NCBI GenBank assembly: GCA_040079635.1
Contig: JBEBJY010000003.1
Span: 34,566 to 98,565, forward strand
Origin: Burkholderiaceae bacterium
GTDB lineage: Bacteria; Pseudomonadota; Gammaproteobacteria; Burkholderiales; Burkholderiaceae_C
Direction of reading: 5' to 3'
Length of the DNA: 64,000 nt
Part shown: piece after piece, positions 39,998 to 47,894 of the stretch
How positions within the stretch are numbered: position 1 is the stretch's first letter
Layout of the letters: each line of letters opens with the position of its first letter
Translations under genes and position numbers: made by a program
The notes under the pieces: generated by a model
The model's database searches: none
Seen by the model: the letters and a program-made list of their open reading frames with translations, nothing else
What the model was told of the DNA's origin: nothing

Positions 39998-40012
39998 ATA
40001 TCAATTTGATAT
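39998..40012. promoter_or_regulatory. Palindrome ATATCAA-T-TTGATAT overlapping a TATAAT-like box just upstream of higB (candidate HigA operator/promoter)
   Basis: tcgaca-N17-ataatt with the 7-bp-arm palindrome. It ends 9 nt before the higB GTG. Confidence 0.3.
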
Positions 40013-40020
40013 AATTATCC

Positions 40021-40323
40021 GTGCACATCATCTCCATCAGAATGCTTAGAGAATTTTGGCTGAAGCATCCGACTGCTGAAAGCGTGTTGCGAGAGTGGCA
40101 TACCGTGGTAGAAAACACGGATTTTAGAGATTTCAGCCATGTGCGCGAGTTCTTTAACAGTGCGGATTACGCTGCGCCGTACACGATTTTTAATGTTGCA
40201 GGTAACAACTTTCGACTGGTGGTCATCGTCAGATACAGTTTTAAGAGGGTCTATATTCATAAAGTGATGACGCACCGCGAATATGACGACTGGAATAAGC
40301 TCTACAGAAGAGGGAAAACATAA
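40021..40323 (+). CDS. higB: Type II toxin HigB-family mRNA interferase
   Basis: 100 aa. The N-terminus (M)HIISIRMLREFWLKHPTAESVLREWHTVV is typical of the HigB toxin family. It sits upstream of an HTH antitoxin with only 1 nt between them. The start codon is GTG. Confidence 0.75.
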   Translation: MHIISIRMLREFWLKHPTAESVLREWHTVVENTDFRDFSHVREFFNSADYAAPYTIFNVAGNNFRLVVIVRYSFKRVYIHKVMTHREYDDWNKLYRRGKT

Positions 40324-40324
40324 T

Positions 40325-40753
40325 ATGCAAGCAACTCAAACCCAATTCAACATTCAAAACTTGCAAGCTTCTTGGCAAGCTTTTGATGCCATGGCGCACC
40401 TTCGCCCTATTCACTCTGAGGCCGATTTTGAACGCATGTCTTCAATGATGAACGCGCTGTTGGACGATGTGGGTGACGACGAAGAGCACCCTTTGTCTGG
40501 CCTGCTCGAATTGGTCAGTGATTTGATCCATCGCTACGAGCAAACGCATCACGCCATTGAAGCCGCCGCGCCCAAAGACGTACTGCGCTTCTTGATGGAA
40601 TCGCGCGGGCTCAAGCAAGATGATTTGTCCACCCTTGTGCCACAAAGCAACCTATCAGCTATTTTGGCGGGTAAACGCAAAATCAGCGCTGCGCTGGCGG
40701 GTAAGCTGGGTAAATACTTCGGAATCAGCGCAGCGGTGTTTGTACCTGCTTAA
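40325..40753 (+). CDS. higA: HigA-family antitoxin (C-terminal XRE-type HTH)
   Basis: 142 aa from MQATQ. The C-terminal LMESRGLKQDDLSTLVPQSNLSAILAGKRKIS is an HTH. It follows the toxin directly. Confidence 0.75.
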   Translation: MQATQTQFNIQNLQASWQAFDAMAHLRPIHSEADFERMSSMMNALLDDVGDDEEHPLSGLLELVSDLIHRYEQTHHAIEAAAPKDVLRFLMESRGLKQDDLSTLVPQSNLSAILAGKRKISAALAGKLGKYFGISAAVFVPA

Positions 40754-40757
40754 ATAT

Positions 40758-40808
40758 GCATCTAGTCGGCGTATTTATTGCCTAAGGTGCTATTAAATTT
40801 ATAGTATA
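40758..40808 (-). repeat. Dispersed 50-bp element, intergenic; right bracket of the DUF167-higBA module
   Basis: gcatctagtcggcgtatttattgcctaaggtgctattaaatttatagtatatt. It shares a 27-mer, atagcaccttaggcaataaatacgccg, with the copy at 39581. Confidence 0.9.
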
Positions 40809-40819
40809 TTTCAATTCAA

Positions 40820-41443
40820 ATGAACCAACACGCCGATACCTACTTCACCGCCGGCTGCGGACGCTGCGCCAAGGGCGGCACGCCTGCCTGCAAGGTCAAC
40901 ACTTGGGCTGCAGAACTGGCGGCTTTGCGGGGTTTGGTGCTGGACGCTGGGTTGACTGAGGAATGCAAATGGGGCGTGCCTTGCTATACCTCCGATAAAA
41001 ATAACATCGTTTTAATTCACTCATTCAAAGAATATTGCGCACTGTTGTTTATCAAAGGCGCTTTGCTGAAGGATGCCAAGGGGATTTTGATTCAGCAAAC
41101 CGAGAATGTGCAAGGCGGGCGGCAGCTGCGGTTTACGGATGTTCATGAGATAACCAAGCTGAAACCTACCATCAAAGCCTACCTGCAAGAAGCCATTTCG
41201 GTGGAAAAGGCAGGTTTAAAAGTAGCCAAAAAAGAAACGGCAGAATTTGCCATGCCGGAAGAGTTTCAAGCAAAATTGGACACATCCCCAGCCCTGAAAA
41301 CCGCTTTTGAAGCGCTCACACCGGGGCGGCAACGTGGGTATTTGCTGCATTTTGCTGCTGCCAAACAATCCAAAACCCGAGAAGCTCGGATTGAGAAATG
41401 CACACCGCAGATTTTGAAAGGTAAGGGTTTGCTGGATTCATGA
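40820..41443 (+). CDS. YdeI/DUF1801-like family protein
   Basis: 207 aa with an N-terminal CGRC...C cluster and a C-terminal ...PGRQRGYLLHF..AKQ..TR..RIEK pattern. Confidence 0.55.
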   Translation: MNQHADTYFTAGCGRCAKGGTPACKVNTWAAELAALRGLVLDAGLTEECKWGVPCYTSDKNNIVLIHSFKEYCALLFIKGALLKDAKGILIQQTENVQGGRQLRFTDVHEITKLKPTIKAYLQEAISVEKAGLKVAKKETAEFAMPEEFQAKLDTSPALKTAFEALTPGRQRGYLLHFAAAKQSKTREARIEKCTPQILKGKGLLDS

Positions 41444-42072
41444 GTAAGCTTTTACCCATCGCCACCCTGCTTTATTGGCTTGATTTACTTGGCGTGGCTG
41501 TTTTTGCCACGAGCGGAACGCTGGCTGGGTTGGCTGCACGCTTAGATATATTGGGGGTTCTGGTGCTAGCTTCTAGCACGGCTGTGGGCGGCGGTACGAT
41601 TCGGGATGTTTTGCTGGGTCGTTACCCCATTTTTTGGATCAAAGACTCTGGGCCTATTTATGCCGTTTTAGCGGCTACTGCATGTACATTAATTTGGGTT
41701 CATTACCGCCCAATTCCTATGAATGCGCTGTTGATTGCCGATGCACTCGGGCTGGCGTTGTTTGCCATTTCAGGCGCTCAAGTTGCCGAAAAAGCGGGTT
41801 GCCGCTTGCCTGTGGTTGTGCTGATGGGCACGCTGACAGGTGCTGGTGGCGGTGTTTTGCGGGATTTAATGTCTGCAAAAATCCCGCTGATTTTGCGGCA
41901 GGACATTTATGCATCAGCCGCTATTGCTGGCATTTTGGTTTACGCACTGCTGCGCAAAGCAAATGTACCCACGGCCGGAGCGTTTGCAGCAGGCTTTTTA
42001 ACGGTTGCTTTCACCCGCTTAGCGGCCATCAACTACGGCTTAGAGTTGCCTGTATTTTCGTTGCCGCAATAA
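41440..42072 (+). CDS. Trimeric intracellular cation channel / UPF0126 (YadS/YicG-like) membrane protein
   Basis: 210 aa with two internal repeats, each carrying a GGG(T/V)(I/L)RD(V/L)L motif. Confidence 0.7.
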   Translation: MSKLLPIATLLYWLDLLGVAVFATSGTLAGLAARLDILGVLVLASSTAVGGGTIRDVLLGRYPIFWIKDSGPIYAVLAATACTLIWVHYRPIPMNALLIADALGLALFAISGAQVAEKAGCRLPVVVLMGTLTGAGGGVLRDLMSAKIPLILRQDIYASAAIAGILVYALLRKANVPTAGAFAAGFLTVAFTRLAAINYGLELPVFSLPQ

Positions 42073-42109
42073 AACGCTTTAAACCCAGTTTTTAATCTTG
42101 TCCACAACC

Positions 42110-43681
42110 ATGTCTAAAACAACTTTACCTACAACGACACCTGTTTTAATCGCCGGAGGGGGCCCTGTTGGGCTTACTTTAGCCGCGTTACTTGCCAGTT
42201 TTGGCATACGCAGCGTGGTGATTGAAAACGACCCGTCTTACTGCACCGGCAGCCGGGCGATTTGTATGTCGCGGCGCTCGCAGGAGATTTTGGGCTGGGT
42301 GGGTGCGGACAAGCCGCTAGTAGCGAAAGGCTTGTCATGGGTGGGTGGGCGCAGTTATTACCGCGACACCGAGGTGCTGCACTTCCAAATGCCCAACGAC
42401 CCCACGCAGCGTTTTGCGCCTATGGTGAACATTCAGCAGTATTTTGCGGAGCAATATGCACACGAGGCCGCTCAAAAATATGGTGATTTGGTGGCTGTGC
42501 GCTGGAATTGCACCGTAAAAGCGGTTCGAGAAATCAAAGACGGCAATGAAGTCGATGTCGTCGACGCTGACGGCCAAACGCAAACCATCCTTGCCGATTG
42601 GCTGGTCGCCTGTGACGGTGGCCGCAGCACCGTGCGCGAGCAGTTGGGCTTGCAGCTGCAGGGCATGCAGTACGACGGCAAATATGTGATTGTGGATATC
42701 CGCCAAAAAACCCAGCGCGATGTCGAGCGGCTGGCTTGGTTTGACCCGCCTAGCAACCCTGGCTCGACCATTTTGATGCATCGCCAGCCTGAGGATGTGT
42801 GGCGGATTGACTACCAAATCCGCGATGAAGAAGACCCCGTGGAAGCCATCAAACCTGAAAACGTGCTGCCCCGCGTGCAAAGCCACCTAACGATGATTGG
42901 AGAAAACGAGCCATGGGAGCCACTTTGGATTTCGATTTACAACGCCAAATGCCTGAGTTTGGAGAAATACAGGCACAACCGCGTGCTGTTTGCGGGGGAT
43001 GCAGCGCATTTGGTGCCGATTTTTGGCGTGCGCGGGTTGAACTCTGGGCTGGATGATGCGGGCAACTTGGCGTGGAAGCTGGCGTGTGTCATCAACGGCA
43101 CGTCGCCAGAGAGCTTGCTGGACACCTATTCCACCGAGCGCGTGCACGCCGCGCATGAAAACATGGCTTTCGGCGCGAAAAGCACAGAATTCATGGCGCC
43201 GCCGAACTTTGCCTTCAAGCTGATGCGGGAGGCGACGCTGAAGTTGGCGCTGGCGGATGAAAAAGTGCGCTCGCTGATTAATCCACGGCAATCGACGCCG
43301 ATTCATTACGTTGGCTCAGCTTTGAATGTGCCAGATGGTGATGCGTGGAGCAGCGAGTTAACCGCACCGGGCATGCCGATGCCAGAGGTGTTGCTTGAGG
43401 ACGGATCGCATTTGACGCAGCAGTTTGGTAAAAGCTTTGTCTGCATCTTCTTGGGAACGGCTTTAGAACAGTCAAAACAGATCAATTTAGAGCAAAACAG
43501 CATCAAACTTTGTAGCATCTTAGGCAATAAATACGCCGGATACAGCCAGTTTGGACTAATAAATCCGAGTGAATCAGCCCTGATATTGGTACGACCAGAC
43601 GGCTATGTGATGGGGCGCTGGAAAGGCTCAGACGTTGCGCCTGTGTTGGCTGCGATGAAGCAAACGGGAGTGACTTTATGA
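42110..43681 (+). CDS. FAD-dependent aromatic-ring monooxygenase (PheA/TfdB/MhpA family)
   Basis: Motifs IAGGGPVGLTLA, CDGGRSTVR and GDAAHLVPIFGVRGLNSGLDDAGNLAWKL. I chose the ATG at 42110; the ORF-track TTG start is 42098. Confidence 0.8.
   Translation: MSKTTLPTTTPVLIAGGGPVGLTLAALLASFGIRSVVIENDPSYCTGSRAICMSRRSQEILGWVGADKPLVAKGLSWVGGRSYYRDTEVLHFQMPNDPTQRFAPMVNIQQYFAEQYAHEAAQKYGDLVAVRWNCTVKAVREIKDGNEVDVVDADGQTQTILADWLVACDGGRSTVREQLGLQLQGMQYDGKYVIVDIRQKTQRDVERLAWFDPPSNPGSTILMHRQPEDVWRIDYQIRDEEDPVEAIKPENVLPRVQSHLTMIGENEPWEPLWISIYNAKCLSLEKYRHNRVLFAGDAAHLVPIFGVRGLNSGLDDAGNLAWKLACVINGTSPESLLDTYSTERVHAAHENMAFGAKSTEFMAPPNFAFKLMREATLKLALADEKVRSLINPRQSTPIHYVGSALNVPDGDAWSSELTAPGMPMPEVLLEDGSHLTQQFGKSFVCIFLGTALEQSKQINLEQNSIKLCSILGNKYAGYSQFGLINPSESALILVRPDGYVMGRWKGSDVAPVLAAMKQTGVTL
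43504..43547 (+). repeat. Dispersed 50-bp element in frame inside the FAD monooxygenase gene
   Basis: caaactttgtagcatcttaggcaataaatacgccggatacagcc, translated as KLCSILGNKYAGYSQ. Confidence 0.85.
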
Positions 43682-43896
43682 CTCTACAAAATTTGCAAAA
43701 TAATCCGCAAACCATGTCGCCCCAAGACTTAGACCAAACCTACACCGCCCTGTGCAACGCCCTCGCAGACGTGGGGGAAGCGCAAGCACAGTCGTTTTTA
43801 GCGATGCTCAGCTTGTCTTTGATAGCCCACAGCCCAAACGCTGAGCAGGTGCTGACCTTGATTGCGCAGGCAAAAGAGCAGTCTAAAAGCGACTAG
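43678..43896 (+). CDS. Small protein translationally coupled to the monooxygenase, possibly DUF2783-like
   Basis: 72 aa with an ATGA overlap onto the upstream stop. The DUF2783 assignment comes from memory of similar small genes next to such monooxygenases and is not verified. Confidence 0.4.
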   Translation: MTLQNLQNNPQTMSPQDLDQTYTALCNALADVGEAQAQSFLAMLSLSLIAHSPNAEQVLTLIAQAKEQSKSD

Positions 43897-43953
43897 GAAA
43901 TTTGATTTACATTAGTGGCATCGGTAGCATGCTAACTTTGTAAATTAAAACCT

Positions 43954-44775
43954 ATGACGCCAAACCCACTCATCATCACCGTTGCACCCAACGGCGCTTA
44001 TAAATTAACCGCTGACCACGCTGCCGTACCTTTAACAGCGTACAGCTTGGCCGCAACAGCCAAAGCCTGCTTGGACGCTGGCGCTGCCATGCTGCACATG
44101 CACATCCGTGATGCACAGGGCAAACACAGTTTGGATGTACAGGGTTATCGCGATGCGCTACAGGTAGTCAAAGCTGCCGTGGGCGACGAGATGGTGCTGC
44201 AAATCACCAGCGAAGCGGCAAAGGTGTACCAAGCGCCTGAGCAGATCGCCATGGTGCAGGCCTTGAGACCCGAAGCTGTGTCGGTAGGACTGCGTGAGCT
44301 GGATCAACCCGCTATAGGCGACGCTGGATTGGCGCAGTTTTTCGGCTGGCTGGCGCGTGAACGCATCATGACGCAAGTGATTTTGTACGACGTGGCCGAT
44401 TTGCAGCGCTGGCAACAGTTGCGCGATAGCGGTGTAATTCCCGATGCACCATGGTTTTTACTGTTCGTATTGGGTCGTTACACGGTGGGGCAAACGTCCA
44501 GCCCGCTGGATTTAGTACCTTTTGTGCATGCTCACACGGGTATAGAGCCGTGGGCGATGTGCGCTTTTGGCGCGACGGAGCATGCCTGCGCGGCGGCGGC
44601 GGCGGCGCTAGGTGGCCATGCACGTGTGGGGTTTGAAAACAACCTGTTGCTCAAAAATGGGCTAGTAGCGCCAGACAATGCTGCTTTGGTGCAGCAAGTT
44701 GTCCAAGTTGCAGCCAGTTTAGGGCGCCCAATTGCGACGGCGCATGACATTCGCCAGCGTTTTGCTGCAGCATAA
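43954..44775 (+). CDS. 3-keto-5-aminohexanoate cleavage enzyme family (BKACE/DUF849) protein
   Basis: 273 aa with PLIITVAPNGA, MLHMHIRD and GFENN motifs typical of BKACE TIM barrels. Confidence 0.7.
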   Translation: MTPNPLIITVAPNGAYKLTADHAAVPLTAYSLAATAKACLDAGAAMLHMHIRDAQGKHSLDVQGYRDALQVVKAAVGDEMVLQITSEAAKVYQAPEQIAMVQALRPEAVSVGLRELDQPAIGDAGLAQFFGWLARERIMTQVILYDVADLQRWQQLRDSGVIPDAPWFLLFVLGRYTVGQTSSPLDLVPFVHAHTGIEPWAMCAFGATEHACAAAAAALGGHARVGFENNLLLKNGLVAPDNAALVQQVVQVAASLGRPIATAHDIRQRFAAA

Positions 44776-44820
44776 TTTTTTTAAAAAAAACCTTTTTTTA
44801 TATATCAACCGGAGACAACC

Positions 44821-45822
44821 ATGAAACGCCAACTTTTTCTGAAAACTGCGATGCAAGTGAGCATTGTCACCGCACTGTCCGCTCTGGCATGGCTACCTGC
44901 CGCCAGCCAAGCGCAAGATGCGTACCCCAGCAAGGCCATCCGCTTCGTCGTGCCCTACCCACCTGGCGGCCCGACTGATTTGATGGCTAGGTTGCTGCAG
45001 GGCGAACTACAAACAAGGTTGGGCGTGACTGTGATGATTGACAACAAAGCTGGCGCAGGTGGTAACGTTGGCAGTGCTGATGTGGCGAAACAAGCACCCG
45101 CAGACGGCCATACCATTTTGCTGGCTGCCAGTGGCCCGATGGCTGTGAATTCGACGTTGTACAAAAGCATGCCGTTCAACCCTTTGACTGAGCTTGCGCC
45201 TGTCATTCAAATCTCATCTTTCCCGCTGGTGCTAGAGGTACACCCCAAAGTGCCAGCCAAAACGGTGACAGAGCTGGTTGCTTATGCCAAAACGAACAAA
45301 AAAGATTTGAGCTTTGCCTCCGCTGGCAACGGCACGCCGCAACATTTGGCGGGCGAGCTGTTCAATACCCAAGTGGGTACTGAAATTGCGCACATACCCT
45401 ACAAGGGTGCTGGCCCCGCATTGAATGATTTGCTAGGCGGCCAAGTGCAGGTGATGTTTGATATTTTGGGCAGCTCATTGCCGCACATTCAGTCCGGCAA
45501 GTTGGTTCCTTTGGCGGTCACGTCTGCCAAACGCAGCCCACAATTACCCAACGTACCTACTATGGCGGAGGCCGGATTGGCTGGTTACGAATTTACAGGT
45601 TGGCATGGTATTGCGGTTCGTAATGGAACGCCCGCGCCTGTCATCGAGAAGTTGAACAGCACCTTGAACGCCATTTTCAAAGAGCCGGAGTTCCGCAAGA
45701 AGTGGGAAGCCATAGGCACAACCGTCGTTGGTGGTACTGCTGTTCAATTTGGTGATTTAATCAAGCGGGACACCGTGCGCTTAGGCAAAGTGGTGAAAGA
45801 CGCTGGCGTGACATTAGACTAA
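44821..45822 (+). CDS. Bug/TctC-family periplasmic binding protein
   Basis: 333 aa with a signal peptide and PYPPGGPTD, IPYKGAGPA motifs. Confidence 0.85.
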   Translation: MKRQLFLKTAMQVSIVTALSALAWLPAASQAQDAYPSKAIRFVVPYPPGGPTDLMARLLQGELQTRLGVTVMIDNKAGAGGNVGSADVAKQAPADGHTILLAASGPMAVNSTLYKSMPFNPLTELAPVIQISSFPLVLEVHPKVPAKTVTELVAYAKTNKKDLSFASAGNGTPQHLAGELFNTQVGTEIAHIPYKGAGPALNDLLGGQVQVMFDILGSSLPHIQSGKLVPLAVTSAKRSPQLPNVPTMAEAGLAGYEFTGWHGIAVRNGTPAPVIEKLNSTLNAIFKEPEFRKKWEAIGTTVVGGTAVQFGDLIKRDTVRLGKVVKDAGVTLD

Positions 45823-45860
45823 ATTTAAAATTGGGGATTGGCGAAAATCTGTCAAACACC

Positions 45861-45893
45861 CATCAAATACGCCTGTAGCCGGCGTATTTGATG
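45861..45893. terminator. Perfect 13-bp-stem hairpin between convergent genes, built partly from the dispersed element
   Basis: catcaaatacgcc-tgtagcc-ggcgtatttgatg. Confidence 0.4.
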
Positions 45894-45918
45894 ACTTATT
45901 AGCTATTTTTAATATAGC
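45871..45918 (-). repeat. Dispersed 50-bp element, intergenic between convergent genes
   Basis: gcctgtagccggcgtatttgatgacttattagctatttttaatatagc. Confidence 0.85.
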
Positions 45919-45922
45919 AAGT

Positions 45923-46444
45923 TTATGCTGGTGGCAAAAGCACTTTGTCAACCACGTGAATCACACCGTTATCTGCATCTAAGTTGCCCTGAATGATGCG
46001 GGAGGTGCGACTACGACCATCGGTGATGGTCAATGAGCCGGCAATGTTGTCAACTTTCAGCGTCGCACCTTGTACGGTTTTAAGCGGGGTGTTCAGCGGA
46101 ATATCACCGAAGTTGATCTTACCCGGGAGCAGGTGATATGTCAGAACCGCTGTCAGCAAAGCTTTGTTGGCAAAGAGCTGGTCTTTGGTCATGCTTAATT
46201 CGGCAAGCGCCGCTACAAAAGCTGCATTGTTAGGTGCAAACAAGGTGTAAGAGGTGTTGGCTTGGAATGTTGCCTCCAAATTGGCGGCAACGATAGCGTC
46301 GCCCAGCACACTCAAATCAGTGTTGCTTCGCACCAATTCAAAAAGATCTTTGTTTATATCTGAGTTGCCACCACAAGCGGTCAGTAGCGTACTGGCTGAG
46401 ACGGCTGCGATGCCGCTCATGAGGAGAATATTTCTGCGTAACAT
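45923..46444 (-). CDS. Fasciclin (FAS1) domain lipoprotein
   Basis: 173 aa with a lipobox (LLTAC) and FAS1 motifs (TLFAPNNAAF, IHVVDKVLLP). Confidence 0.8.
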   Translation of the reverse strand: MLRRNILLMSGIAAVSASTLLTACGGNSDINKDLFELVRSNTDLSVLGDAIVAANLEATFQANTSYTLFAPNNAAFVAALAELSMTKDQLFANKALLTAVLTYHLLPGKINFGDIPLNTPLKTVQGATLKVDNIAGSLTITDGRSRTSRIIQGNLDADNGVIHVVDKVLLPPA

Positions 46445-46860
46445 GGTAGGTTCCTTGATGTTGAGTAGATTTAAAAGTCAGAGAGAACTTTCAATGTAGA
46501 CCTATCATGCATGGGGTACAAGGGCTTGGCGCAGTAGAGAAGTAACCAGGATTTAGAACGTGTATTCAATTGCACTGAAGCAAAGAAAAGCGCCTACAAA
46601 GTGTGTCGGCGTGGTCTCACAACAACTTCAAAAATGGGGTGGTTGTTTTTAAAAGTTGCGCCATGTGATGAAGAGTTTCTACACTTTTTTTGAATCCGTC
46701 TATGCATCGCGGCCATTGGCAAAATGGTCGAATTACAGCAAAGAAAAACCTACTCAAAGCCTTACTTCTAAAATTTGCGAAACGTTGCATTTGCTGCATC
46801 ACGAGGTGTCGCACACTTCTTACGCTTGGTAACAAGAAACGTCACTGCATGTGCTCGTAA

Positions 46861-47877
46861 CTACACGACCCAAGCGCCATCCCGGTAAATCACTTGGTCA
46901 TCTAGCGCGACCTGCTCTGCCACTGCAAAAACATCGATGTGATAAGTGCCATCGCCACGTTTGAAATTGGGTTTACCGTAGACGCCGTGTTTTGCGCCTA
47001 GCGACAAATGCACACCGCACATGCGCTCGTAGCTGCCTATGTCGCTGACGGTGCGGGTTTGGGTAAACGCGCGGTTGAGGCCAAAGCCGAGTTCGCGCAA
47101 CCAAACAACTTGCTCCTCTGCTCGGATATTGGCCAGCACGGTGTCAAATTCTGGTGTGCTGTCTTCAGTGCCAACGACTTGGCCTTTGTCAACAATCAAG
47201 GTGATGGGTTTGGCGGGGCGATTGACTTTGAATGATGTATCGCCAAAGGCATGAATGCGAACGCGGCCATGCACGGCCTCAAGGTCTTTTGCCTCGGTAA
47301 ACACTTCACCAATCGGGAACTGCCCGCCTACATTGGGCATGTCGCTGTAGTCGCCTACATTGAGTTTGGCGGATTCAAATGACGAGCCAAAAACCAGTCG
47401 CGCGTCTGGGAACTGCGTACCGCCACTGTCCAACCAGCCGCCTTTGGCGTTGTCGATAGCGGTTTTGAGTCCATGCCCAGTACCCCGAAAATACGCCGCA
47501 TTGTAAGCCAAAGCATCGATGTAATAGCCCACCTCAGCGCCTTGCATACGTGTCAAATGCACATGCTCGATTACTTTGAGACCGCGTTTGAACAGCTCCA
47601 CGCGGATTCGAAATGCCTCTAGCCTGAAATTGGTGGATTGCACCAATACGACTAAATCAGATGCTTTCAAAGCCGCAAAGATGCTCAGTACGGCCTCAGG
47701 CGTGTGGGTGGCAAAATCGATGAATTGTGCGTTCGGTAGGCAATGTCGGTAGGCATCAGTCAAGATGCAGGCAAGCTCACAGCGGGTGTCAAACACCACG
47801 ACAGCCTTGTGTTGAGGACTGTGAAGAAAGACTTGGGTCAATAAGTCGTTGATGTTTTTTTCAGCTGTGTCCTTCAT
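46861..47877 (-). CDS. Conserved hypothetical protein, possibly M29/AmpS-like fold (weak)
   Basis: 338 aa clean ORF, last gene of a minus-strand operon. The fold assignment is only an impression from ...GVHLSLG...GTYHIDV... Confidence 0.3.
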   Translation of the reverse strand: MKDTAEKNINDLLTQVFLHSPQHKAVVVFDTRCELACILTDAYRHCLPNAQFIDFATHTPEAVLSIFAALKASDLVVLVQSTNFRLEAFRIRVELFKRGLKVIEHVHLTRMQGAEVGYYIDALAYNAAYFRGTGHGLKTAIDNAKGGWLDSGGTQFPDARLVFGSSFESAKLNVGDYSDMPNVGGQFPIGEVFTEAKDLEAVHGRVRIHAFGDTSFKVNRPAKPITLIVDKGQVVGTEDSTPEFDTVLANIRAEEQVVWLRELGFGLNRAFTQTRTVSDIGSYERMCGVHLSLGAKHGVYGKPNFKRGDGTYHIDVFAVAEQVALDDQVIYRDGAWVV

Positions 47878-47894
47878 ATTTTTAATTCATATTT

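Noticed and set aside
43925-43940. An 11-mer, gcatgctaact, shared between the BKACE upstream region and the decarboxylase/MarR intergenic region (about 58295).
   Set aside because: Shared 11-mers are expected by chance many times in a 64-kb window, and there is no extended similarity.
46617-46835. A 72-aa ORF in the 415-bp gap.
   Set aside because: It has no recognisable ribosome-binding site or motif, and its composition is odd (Phe/Arg/Lys-rich). It is probably non-coding.
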